64,000 nucleotides of DNA, from positions 143,878-207,877 of the forward strand of contig CAVSHR010000007.1 of assembly GCA_963727625.1 (NCBI GenBank), in the 5' to 3' direction. The notes under the pieces are model-generated. The model searched no databases and was not told the origin of the DNA. It worked only from the letters and a program-made list of their open reading frames with translations. A program made the position numbers and the translations under genes. This document shows, one piece after another, positions 18,453 through 27,249 of the stretch. How positions within the stretch are numbered: the stretch's first letter is position 1; the number at the start of each line of letters is the position of its first letter. Origin of the DNA: an uncultured delta proteobacterium (GTDB taxonomy: Bacteria; Desulfobacterota; Binatia; UBA9968).

Positions 18453-18858
18453 TTGGGACCGATCATGCGGGAGTTAGCACAGCAGAAAGAGGCCGTGGTG
18501 GAGGAGGGGCACTTGATGGCGGATCATGTGCACATGTTGCTGTGGATACCGCCAAAATATTCAGTGTCTGGGGTGGTGGGGTTTATCAAGGGAAAGAGTG
18601 CGATAGCCATAGCTCGGAGATTTATGGACCGGGCGAAGAATTTCATAGGGCAAAACTTTTGGGCGCGGGGGTATTACGTATCGACGGTGGGGCGGGACGA
18701 GGCCGAGATACGGCAGTACATCCGCGCGTAGGAGAAAGAGGATAAACGGCTCGACCAACTGAACATGTTCGAGTAAACAGAAGTGCCGGCGTAGCCGGCC
18801 AAACCGCTTTGAGCGGTTCACAAACCAAGCCTTCGGCTCTGCCGGAGGTACATGACTC
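18453..18858 (+). mobile_element. tnpA: IS200/IS605-family remnant: 5'-truncated tnpA with internal TAG, plus right-end hairpins
   Basis: DHVHML (HUH), IPPKYSVS..VGFIKGKS, FWARGYYVSTVG, IRQYI; TAG at 18729 then EKEDKRLDQLNMF; AACCGCTTTGAGCGGTT and CCTTCGGCTCTGCCGGAGG hairpins. Confidence 0.88.
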
Positions 18859-19042
18859 GGAAAAGCTGCGCGCCGCTTCCGTCGCTGAAATGACCCGGCT
18901 TCCTTTGACCGAATGCGCCGCATAAGTTCGCGGCTCCGGCTTCGAGCGTTTTCGCCCGCGAGATTTTCCTTTTTTGCCAGGTTTCATAATAATCTGATTA
19001 TCTGATTTCTAATTAAATTGAGCAAGCGACGCCTAAGGTTTG

Positions 19043-20179
19043 CTACCGGCGCCGTCCCTGACCTCTCCCGCCGGTCTCGCCGCCGTTGTCGCCTGCGTCC
19101 TTATGCTTCCGGCCCACAACCTCGCCGGCGACTGGGCCAAGTTGGTCGCCCGCCGCCCATGGGGTGAGCACCCGAACGTCCGGGGGCTTCGGCGCCAGCT
19201 TCCACAGCCGTTCGGCGTTACCGTGCGCGATGGCATGAGCCACGCCTGGGGGAAGCCGACTGAGCGCACACCACCACAACTTCATCTGACCAAGATAACG
19301 GCGCGGCACCCAATTACCGGCGAACACGTTGTCGAGTGCGAACAGAAACCGGTCGGGATGGGCGACGAACAGCGGTCGCCATTGCGGCGCGATCAGGCGC
19401 CCGGCAAAGAGGTTCTGCCAATGCTTGACCGTATCGATCCGGCTGAAGATGGGGTTGGAGTGCGAGCCGATGAAATACAGGTTGGGATGGGCATCGATCA
19501 GGCGTGCGACATCATCCGGCGGCAGCTGTCCCATGTGGATCATGGCGACGGGCAACTGAGGATGCTCGGAAATCAGCGCCTCTAGGTCGCGCATATAGCG
19601 ATCGCGCGCCTCCCCTGCGAGCGAGCCGAACTCGATGTGAGCGATAAACGGCCAACCATGATCGCGCGCAATATCGAGCGCCGAGCGGACCCGTTCATCG
19701 TCGACCGTGAGCCGCACTTCCTTGATGCGGAGATCGGGCTCTCCCTGGTGCCAGATGAGCATCTCGGCGATGCCTCGATACGCACCGGAGGAAAGTTCGA
19801 CGCTGCGCAAGCTTCGCCATCTCGAGGCCGCGTTCCTTCCCCGCTGGTTACCCTTGGTGCGTAGCATGAGAACGATCCGCGCTTGCGTGCGCTTTGCGAA
19901 TTCCCAGATGCTCTCGGGCGGGCGCTCGAGATGGTTCGACAGCAGCGTCCGGTACACGCCGCCGTGGTCCATTAATGAGAGCACGCGCGCCTCGTCGACC
20001 CGTTGATCCATCTGACTGTGCGCATCGACAAAATAGAGTCCGTCGAGCGTCGGACAGGCTTGGCTCGCGCTATCGTCTTGCGCGAACGCGATTGCGCACG
20101 CAACGAAGAGCCCCAGCGCAGTGCCGGCCAGCAGACGCGCGATCCGCGGCATCAAAGAATAAGATAGTTTTTTTGCCAT
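19043..20179 (-). CDS. Secreted amidohydrolase-superfamily protein
   Basis: Signal peptide, VDAHSQ, AHIE, IHMG, FLFALD metal-ligand pattern. Confidence 0.75.
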   Translation of the reverse strand: MAKKLSYSLMPRIARLLAGTALGLFVACAIAFAQDDSASQACPTLDGLYFVDAHSQMDQRVDEARVLSLMDHGGVYRTLLSNHLERPPESIWEFAKRTQARIVLMLRTKGNQRGRNAASRWRSLRSVELSSGAYRGIAEMLIWHQGEPDLRIKEVRLTVDDERVRSALDIARDHGWPFIAHIEFGSLAGEARDRYMRDLEALISEHPQLPVAMIHMGQLPPDDVARLIDAHPNLYFIGSHSNPIFSRIDTVKHWQNLFAGRLIAPQWRPLFVAHPDRFLFALDNVFAGNWVPRRYLGQMKLWWCALSRLPPGVAHAIAHGNAERLWKLAPKPPDVRVLTPWAAGDQLGPVAGEVVGRKHKDAGDNGGETGGRGQGRRR

Positions 20180-20275
20180 AACCGCCGTGTCCCGGCCTCC
20201 AACCTAGAGAGTCGTATCAGAGTTGAGTTGCCTCAATTAAACTCTCTTCAGATACCGGCCGCCAATCCTGCTCGA

Positions 20276-20722
20276 CTAATCCGGGATCTCGGGGTCGACG
20301 AGCTGCGCGAGCAGGGTGAGCGATTCCTGCCAGCCGAGATAGCAGGCCTCGGCGGGAATGACACCGGGCACTCCCTCCTGCACGACGTTCAACTCCGTTC
20401 CACAGGACACTGTCTTCAAGGTGACGGTCGTCTGGATTTCTCCGGGCAGGTTCGGGTCGTCGAATCTGTCGGTGTAACGGATGCGCTCGTGCGGCGCCAA
20501 TTCGAGATACTCCCCGCCGAAGGAGTGACTCTTGCCGCTGCTAAAGTTGGTGAACGACATCTTGAAGGTGCCGCCGACCTTGGCATCCATATGGTGAACC
20601 TTTCCGGTGAAGCCGTGGGGCGGAAGCCATTTGGCCATGGCGTCGCCGTCGAGAAACGCCCGATATACTCTTTCGGGCGTCGCACGGAGGACGCGGTGAA
20701 GCCGGATCGTGTTTGTTGGCAT
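20276..20722 (-). CDS. SRPBCC/AHSA1 (START-like) domain protein
   Basis: RATPERVYRAFLD..AKWLPP...GEYLEL...GWQESL. Confidence 0.92.
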   Translation of the reverse strand: MPTNTIRLHRVLRATPERVYRAFLDGDAMAKWLPPHGFTGKVHHMDAKVGGTFKMSFTNFSSGKSHSFGGEYLELAPHERIRYTDRFDDPNLPGEIQTTVTLKTVSCGTELNVVQEGVPGVIPAEACYLGWQESLTLLAQLVDPEIPD

Positions 20723-20990
20723 GGTTGCTTATCCTTTCGGTGCATTATGTGTTGCGCTTTCGTTTTCCATCTCTATGACGAGTCAAGTCGAATACCCAGG
20801 ACAGCATCGGCGGGAATTCCCATTGTTAAATCTCGGTTAAAAATTTTGTCGCCGTTAGCCTGGCTTCATCATCTCACCGGAAGCGGCGCGTGTAAAACAA
20901 CCCCGTCGCTTACGTTCAGCCGTGCCGAGAAATCGGCAAATGCTGAGAAAAGAAAGAAAAGACTAAGAAAAGACTAAGGGAAAAGACTAA

Positions 20991-21997
20991 GGGTCAGACC
21001 TGAGTATTGACTTATTGGCGCACCTTTGGATATGTTCACCGGCATGGCCAGGAAACCGCGGGTGGAATTTGAAGGGGCGTTTTGCCACGTCATCGTCCGT
21101 GGCAATCAGCGCCGGAAGATCTTTCGCGAGGATCGGGACCGGTTTTACTACCTGGAACGGGTCGAGCACTACCGGCAACGCTATCGATTTAGAATCTACG
21201 CCTACGTCCTGATGTCCAACCACGTCCATTTCCTGATCCAAACAGGCAAGACACCACTATCGAAAATCCTCCAAGGAATTCAGTTTACATACACCCAATA
21301 CTATAATCGCCGTTACCGAACAGTCGGCCATCTCTTCCAAGGTCGGTACAAAGCGATTCTTTGTGACCGGGATGCGTACCTTTTGGAGTTGGTCCGCTAC
21401 ATTCACCTCAACCCCGCTCGTCTGAAACACCCTGAAGAACTCGCCACCTTTCGGTGGAATAGTCACGGTACCTATTTAGGAAAGAAGGGGCCGGTCGCCG
21501 TCGATACCACACTGGTTTTGAATCAATTGGGAAACTCGGCAAGCCAGGCTTATAAGGCATATCAACGATTTATCGAGGGCGGGCGGGGCCTGGGGCACGA
21601 CGATCGTTACTACCAAGCGATCGATCAGAGATTTCTGGGCGATGAGAAATTCATTGGGCACATGGCCAAGCGAGCGCCAAAGGCCGAGATCAGACCAGGC
21701 GGACGGAAGCTGCCATTTGAAAAGCTACTGCCCGCGGTGGCTCAGGTTCATGGATGCGGCGTCAAAGAACTCACGGCGGCTGGACGGCAGCGCGCGTGGG
21801 CCAAGCCGCGAGCGCAGCTTGCATATTTGGCGCGCGAGTGGTGTGCCATGAAGGCAATTGAGGTTGCTCGTTGGCTGAACCGTGATGCATCCATGGTGAG
21901 CCGGCTCTGCGCGAATTATGAAGCAGCTCGAGATTCTAAGACGGAAAAGAAGATTGCTGAGTTGACCGACAAATAATTCATAACTCAGGCCTGACCC
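20991..21997 (+). mobile_element. RAYT-like HUH transposase element bounded by ~26-bp terminal inverted repeats
   Basis: Left GGGTCAGACCTGAGTATTGACTTATT; right (reverse complement) GGGTCAGGCCTGAGTTATGAATTATT; tandem duplications at both outer flanks. Confidence 0.8.
21044..21976 (+). CDS. REP-associated-type Y1 tyrosine transposase with C-terminal DnaA-C/TrpR-like HTH
   Basis: MARKPR...HVIVRGN, MSNHVH (HUH), GHLFQGRYK, RYIHLNP (catalytic Tyr). Confidence 0.9.
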   Translation: MARKPRVEFEGAFCHVIVRGNQRRKIFREDRDRFYYLERVEHYRQRYRFRIYAYVLMSNHVHFLIQTGKTPLSKILQGIQFTYTQYYNRRYRTVGHLFQGRYKAILCDRDAYLLELVRYIHLNPARLKHPEELATFRWNSHGTYLGKKGPVAVDTTLVLNQLGNSASQAYKAYQRFIEGGRGLGHDDRYYQAIDQRFLGDEKFIGHMAKRAPKAEIRPGGRKLPFEKLLPAVAQVHGCGVKELTAAGRQRAWAKPRAQLAYLAREWCAMKAIEVARWLNRDASMVSRLCANYEAARDSKTEKKIAELTDK

Positions 21998-22019
21998 TCT
22001 CGCTTGTTCACCCTCTCGC

Positions 22020-22451
22020 TTGTTCAGTATGTCGACGCAAATCGGAATTGAGCGCGCGGCATACTACGACACACTCGAAATCACGCAAAAGGGCGACTTG
22101 GATATTTCGCCCTGGCTGCAGTGGTTTCTGAGTTGTCTCGACCGGGCCTTCGACGCCACGAAAAAAACCTTGAGCGGCGTTGTCCACAAAGCGGGTTTTT
22201 GGGAGAAACATAAAAATATAGCGTTCAATGAGCGCCAACGTAGGATGCTGAATATTCTGTTCGACGGGTTCGAAGGCAAACTGACGTCGTCCAAGTGGGC
22301 GAAGATCGCCAAGTGTTCGCAGGATACGGCAGCGCGCGACATCAACTATCTCATTGAGCGAGGTATTCTTACCAAAGACCCCGGCGGCGGGCGCAGCACT
22401 AGCTATTCTTTGACCGAATCACCGCCCAACAGCGTTGCCCAAAAAATCTAA
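22020..22451 (+). pseudogene. C-terminal fragment of a Fic-family protein (winged-HTH tail)
   Basis: FSMSTQI..ERAAYYDTLEITQKG...KWAKIAKCSQDTAARDI...GGGRSTSY; Fic motif and N-terminus absent, cut at the RAYT right end. Confidence 0.8.
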
Positions 22452-22546
22452 TTGCCGACGCAGCAAGCTCCAAGAACCGCCGCCTACGGCAGCGCTCGGG
22501 GCTTGGGCTTAAGGTGATTAAGGGAAACCGGATCTCTATTCGTGCG

Positions 22547-24259
22547 CTACCGCGGATTGAGATCGCTCAACACGAGATCGATCACCGTCAGTTTGCCCTC
22601 CATCTCATGCTTGAGCGCCTGGGCGACGGCGGTTTTGATTTCGCCCGGGTTGGTGACCCGATAGCCGTAGCCGCCGTGCGCTTTGCCGTAATACTGGTAA
22701 TCCGGCCTGGGCCCGATCTCGGCGCCGAAGTGGACGCCGGTTTTCTTCGCCGCGCCGTCGGGAAAATATTTGATCAAGCTCGTCTCCATCGACAGATAGC
22801 GGCCGTTGTTGAAAATCACCGGGTGAATCGGCAGACCGTATTCTTCCGCGACGCCCAGGCAGGACGGCACGGCGTTGTAGTGGAACGCGCCGTCGCCGAT
22901 CAGCGCGAACACCGGGCGATCGGGCATGGCCAGCTTCACGCCCAGCGCATAGCTCAAGCCGACACCCAAGCCGCCGGTGATGCGGGCGAAGTAGGATTGG
23001 GTCCTGTTGCGCGGGATCATTTCCTGGATCAGTCCACGATAGACCGTGGTTTCTTCCGAGATCACCGCGTTTTCCGGGATCGCTTCGGCGAGCGCGCGGC
23101 AAGCCCAGCGCGGATCTATCGGCGTCTCGCCGGCGTGTTTTTGCGCCTCGTCTTTGAGTTTGCCGAAATAGCTGTCGTGTTGCTCCCGCGTGCGCGCTAA
23201 ACGCTCTGTGTAGGCGGCGCGGTTAGCCGCGATCGGCTCAGAGGCCTTAGCTTTCTTGACCAGCTTCTCGAGCGTCGATGCCGGGGGCGCCACCAGCGCC
23301 AGATCGACGTTGTAACCCCAATAGGGCAGACGCGAGTTGGGAAATTCTTCGGCAATCGAAACGATCTTGGCGTTTTTCGGCGTCTTGCTCGCCGGGTACC
23401 ACGGCGTCACGGCGTCCACCATGAGCACCAAATCGGCGCCGTCGACAACTTTCGCATCATGATGCAAATAAAGCGGATGGGTGCGCGGGAAATTCATGAA
23501 CGCCGGCCGGTAGGTTTCCATCACCGGTATTGCAAGTAACTCACAAAGCTCGACGAAGCGCTCCACGGCGCGCGGGTCGCCGCCGACATGCTCGGTCAAC
23601 GCCACCGGATTTTTCGCCGCGGCGATCATATTCAACGCTTGATCGATGGCGGCGTCGCTGACTTCTTGAGCGCGCGCGACTTGGTTGGCTTTACCGTGGT
23701 CGACGAAATTGACCTCTTCCATCATGCATTCGAACGGAATGCCAATGAGCACCGGGCCAGCCGGCGGCTCCACGGCGATACGCGCGGCGCGCTCGATGGT
23801 CGACGCCAGAACTTCGGCGGACATGACACGATCGGCCCATTTGACGCAGCCGCGCAATAGATCCGGCGAGCCGCCGAGGTCGGTGAGGTCGTGCAGCCAT
23901 TGGCCGCCGGGATCGGCGACCTTGGTGTTTTCGCCGTAGGCGGAGATCTCGCCGCTGATGATCACCATCGGCGTGCGCTCCTGCAGCGCGGCGCGCAAAG
24001 TCATCGCCGCGTTGAGCGGTCCGGCGGTGGCGTGGAGCATTACCGCCTGGGGTCGATTGGTGACTTTCGTATAGCCGGCCGCCATGGCGACGGCGACGGC
24101 CTCGTGCCGGCAATTGATGTATTTGGGATTCTTGGCGCCGCGCGCGGCGGCTTCGGCAAGGGCCTCCCAGATCGGCGGCCACTCCGACCCCGGCGAGGAT
24201 AAAATATAGTCGATGCCGCTCCGTTCGATGGCTCTTAAAATCGCTTGTCCGCCGTTCAT
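22547..24259 (-). CDS. Thiamine-diphosphate-dependent enzyme (acetolactate synthase/benzoylformate decarboxylase superfamily)
   Basis: PGSE, RHEAVAVAMA, GDGAFHYN...NNGRY ThDP motif. Confidence 0.92.
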   Translation of the reverse strand: MNGGQAILRAIERSGIDYILSSPGSEWPPIWEALAEAAARGAKNPKYINCRHEAVAVAMAAGYTKVTNRPQAVMLHATAGPLNAAMTLRAALQERTPMVIISGEISAYGENTKVADPGGQWLHDLTDLGGSPDLLRGCVKWADRVMSAEVLASTIERAARIAVEPPAGPVLIGIPFECMMEEVNFVDHGKANQVARAQEVSDAAIDQALNMIAAAKNPVALTEHVGGDPRAVERFVELCELLAIPVMETYRPAFMNFPRTHPLYLHHDAKVVDGADLVLMVDAVTPWYPASKTPKNAKIVSIAEEFPNSRLPYWGYNVDLALVAPPASTLEKLVKKAKASEPIAANRAAYTERLARTREQHDSYFGKLKDEAQKHAGETPIDPRWACRALAEAIPENAVISEETTVYRGLIQEMIPRNRTQSYFARITGGLGVGLSYALGVKLAMPDRPVFALIGDGAFHYNAVPSCLGVAEEYGLPIHPVIFNNGRYLSMETSLIKYFPDGAAKKTGVHFGAEIGPRPDYQYYGKAHGGYGYRVTNPGEIKTAVAQALKHEMEGKLTVIDLVLSDLNPR

Positions 24260-24281
24260 GACGATTCTCCTTCAGTTTGAG

Positions 24282-25295
24282 TTAATGCGGAATTCTTTTT
24301 TTCATCTCAGCCATGAAGCCGCTGGCTTCAAGTTTTTCTACGATGCTGCTCGTGATGATTTGCTCTAAATCGGCGTCTTGAACCTTGGGATTGACCCGGG
24401 CGAGCAGACGCCGGACCGCTTTCCAGGCTTCGAGGTTGGGCGCGACATCGAGATTGGGCATCTGCAAGCGGGAGACTTTATAGGAGGCGTCGACATCTTC
24501 GTCTTTGCTGAGCCGAAGATGTTTTCTGAGCACGTCTGAAACGTCGCGCTTGTTCGCGGGATCGAGAATGAACGCGAGCGAATCCACAACCCCCTTGGTC
24601 AAGTTGATCATGATGTCGGTGTTTATCGCAGTCGAGTCTTTGGGAGCACAAAGGCTGGTTAATTGAAAAACCATATTCACCTTGCCGACATCGGCCAAAG
24701 AGCGGGCGCCGGCTCGCTTTGCCATGTCGGCGTAGCTGTACGGCACCACCATGGCATCGACGTTGCCGGTGACGAGCGCTTGCGTCACGGTGCCGGTGTC
24801 GCCGAGCACGCGCATTTTGAAATTGTATTTATCCGGATCGATGCCCAGGCCTTCCAGCGCGGCCATGGTCGACAGCCAGAAGCCGCCGCCGATGCTTTGG
24901 ACGCCAAAGCTTTTGCCGCGGAGATCATCCAACGATTCGATGCCCTTGCGCACGATGAGCTCGCGGGGAATGCGGTTGTTGCCGACGACAAAGCAACTAA
25001 GTTTCAATCCGCTCACCGATGTGTTGATCGCGCTGCCGGGCGCCGCCCAAACCAGCGGCACTTGGCCCGAAGCGAGTGTGGCCATCATCACCGGACCGCT
25101 GCGGGTTTGCAGCACGCGCGGATCGACGCCGTATTTGCGGAAAATGCCTTTCTCGATACCCACCCATAGCGGAATCATTGTTTCATTATGCCCGCCGTAC
25201 GCGATCAGCAAAGGTCCAGCGCCATGAGCCGTCGCGGCGAGCGAAACGGCTGCGACTATGATAGTGGTAAGAAACCAACGCCCTAAAACCTGCAT
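24282..25295 (-). CDS. ABC-type substrate-binding protein (NMT1/SsuA-like)
   Basis: Signal peptide from MQVLGRW; KGIFRKYG, DLRGKSFGVQSIGG. Confidence 0.88.
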   Translation of the reverse strand: MQVLGRWFLTTIIVAAVSLAATAHGAGPLLIAYGGHNETMIPLWVGIEKGIFRKYGVDPRVLQTRSGPVMMATLASGQVPLVWAAPGSAINTSVSGLKLSCFVVGNNRIPRELIVRKGIESLDDLRGKSFGVQSIGGGFWLSTMAALEGLGIDPDKYNFKMRVLGDTGTVTQALVTGNVDAMVVPYSYADMAKRAGARSLADVGKVNMVFQLTSLCAPKDSTAINTDIMINLTKGVVDSLAFILDPANKRDVSDVLRKHLRLSKDEDVDASYKVSRLQMPNLDVAPNLEAWKAVRRLLARVNPKVQDADLEQIITSSIVEKLEASGFMAEMKKRIPH

Positions 25296-25746
25296 GATGT
25301 GTGCCCCCTTGTTTGCGGGTTTGTCCTCGGCTGCTAGTACCATACCTAAATGCATTAGCACAACGCGTGTGGTTTTTTGCGTCATCAATGCTTCACGATG
25401 TCCTCTTTGAAGACGCGATTGACAACGCCGCCGTGGCAGAGCAATGATGCGATCGCCGAGACTTGTTTCGAGCAATATCGGAGAAATTAGATGTTGCAGC
25501 GTTGCACCAAAATTCACCCTGTAGTTCTACTGCCGGTCGAGACTTCGCCGATGCATGCCGTTCGACGCATGCGCGAGGTTGCGGAGATTAAAGGCAGCGA
25601 TATTCGATACGATATCGACAGCGGCGACGGCCGCTTCGATGTCCAGGCAGCAAAATTACCGCGCAAATTATGCCGAGAAGCGCACATTGTACCTAGTGGG
25701 AAGTCGGTCAAGAACGGCTACGCTCTAAACCAAGGAGGGTGCCAAG

Positions 25747-26610
25747 ATGCCTACCTTATATAACCCGAAAAACAAATTCCCTATCGAAGTTTCCGACGTC
25801 GAGTTTCGCCGCGCGCCGACGCGGACGTTGATGGCGCGGCTCTATCGGCCCCAGGGCGACGGGCCGTTTCCAGTGCTGCTGGATTTGCACGGCGGCGCTT
25901 GGAACAACCAGGACCGCGGCGCCAACGCGGCGATGGATCAGAACCTGGCATCGAGTGGAATTCTAGTTGTCGCCGTCGATTTGACCCGCGCGCCGGAGGC
26001 GCCCTATCCTGCCTCGGTACAGGATGCCAACTACGGCGTGCGCTGGCTCAAGCACAAGGCGCGCGAGTGGAACGGCGACCCGGCGACCCTGGGCGCGCTG
26101 GGGAGCTCCAGCGGCGGCCATGTGGTCGAGCTTTGCGCGATGCGGCCCCATCATCCTTTATACAGCGTCCACAAGCTCGCCGAGGCGCCCGCGCTCGACG
26201 CGACGGTCAATTACGTGGCCACCCGGTCGCCGGTAAGCGATCCCTACGCGCGTTACTTGAACGCGGAAAAATTGGCCAGAGAAGAAATGATGCAGAACAG
26301 CAAGAACTATTTTAACCCCTGGGATACCATTCATGAGGGAAACCCGCAGGAAATCCTCGACCACGGCGAGAAGGTCACTTTGCCGCCGCTCTTGATCATG
26401 CAGGGCGAGCTCGACGATAACGTGCGGCCGGCGGTGCAGCAGAAATTTGTCGATAGCTACCGCGCCGCCGGCGGCGAATGCCAATATGAGGTCTTTGCCG
26501 GCTGCGAACACCTGTGGATTCGCGAGCCGGGGCCGCAAACGGACCGCGCCTACGAAATCGTCAAAGCGTTTATCTTGAAGCAGTTGAAAGCCAAACGGCT
26601 GGCGGCGTAG
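25747..26610 (+). CDS. Alpha/beta hydrolase (HSL-type esterase)
   Basis: HGGAW, GSSSGG nucleophile, QGELDD, C-terminal H. Confidence 0.9.
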   Translation: MPTLYNPKNKFPIEVSDVEFRRAPTRTLMARLYRPQGDGPFPVLLDLHGGAWNNQDRGANAAMDQNLASSGILVVAVDLTRAPEAPYPASVQDANYGVRWLKHKAREWNGDPATLGALGSSSGGHVVELCAMRPHHPLYSVHKLAEAPALDATVNYVATRSPVSDPYARYLNAEKLAREEMMQNSKNYFNPWDTIHEGNPQEILDHGEKVTLPPLLIMQGELDDNVRPAVQQKFVDSYRAAGGECQYEVFAGCEHLWIREPGPQTDRAYEIVKAFILKQLKAKRLAA

Positions 26611-26634
26611 GGGCGACCGGCCGGTCGTCCCTAC
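26607..26634. repeat. GTAG-type REP-like palindrome
   Basis: GTAGGGGCGACCGGCCGGTCGTCCCTAC between convergent genes; related copy at 37302-37329. Confidence 0.7.
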
Positions 26635-26638
26635 ACTG

Positions 26639-27085
26639 TTATCTTTTTCCGGCGAACCGCCGGTGATCGACCATCAGTCAACGGTCTTGCACGACTTTGA
26701 TTCCCGCACGGGCGAAGTTTTCCGCGGCGCCGTCATTGCGGATGCCGGACTGAAACCAAACCGAATTCGGTTTTTTCTCCAGGATATCGTCGACATGTCG
26801 GGCGATATCCGGGGATCGGCGAAAAACGTCGACCATGTCGATTTCGCCGGGAATATCGATCAATTTGCGATAAACTTTCTGACCGAGAATCACCGTCGCG
26901 TCCGGATAGTAGACCGGCACGGGAATAATTTCGTAGCCGGCCTCTTGCATATAGAGCGGCACGTAAACCGACGGCTGATCGGCCTGCGCTTCGGTCTTGA
27001 TGCCGAGCACGGCGATGCGCCTGGTGTGAAGGATCAAATCGCGAATCTGCTCGCTGCTCTGAAGCAGGTTGTCTTGCCAGTTCAT
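26639..27085 (-). CDS. YccU-like CoA-binding protein with in-frame UGA at codon 136 (predicted selenocysteine)
   Basis: IAVLG...DMVDVFR...VWFQSGI...VVQDR-[UGA]-LMVDHRRFAGKR*; the family reads VxDRCxxxEH; SECIS-like hairpin follows. Confidence 0.8.
26649..26663 (-). promoter_or_regulatory. Putative bacterial SECIS for the CoA-binding protein UGA
   Basis: CCGGC-GGUUC-GCCGG, separated from the UGA by 14 nt. Confidence 0.65.
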
Positions 27086-27249
27086 GGCGCCAGTCTAGCA
27101 AAAGAATGTGAGATCCCGAACCTTAAACTTGAGCCTTAGCCTTGACGCCCGGCGCTTTGGCGTATTAATAGCCGAACATTCAGGGCAGTCGGCGTGCATT
27201 GCGAACCAAAGCGACGTGGCCGTTTAACCAGTACAAAGGACAAAGCTCT

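Noticed and set aside
18729-18731. Pyrrolysine or other read-through at the TAG in IS200 tnpA
   Set aside because: The gene is already 5'-truncated; a simple CAG-to-TAG nonsense change in a dead element is sufficient
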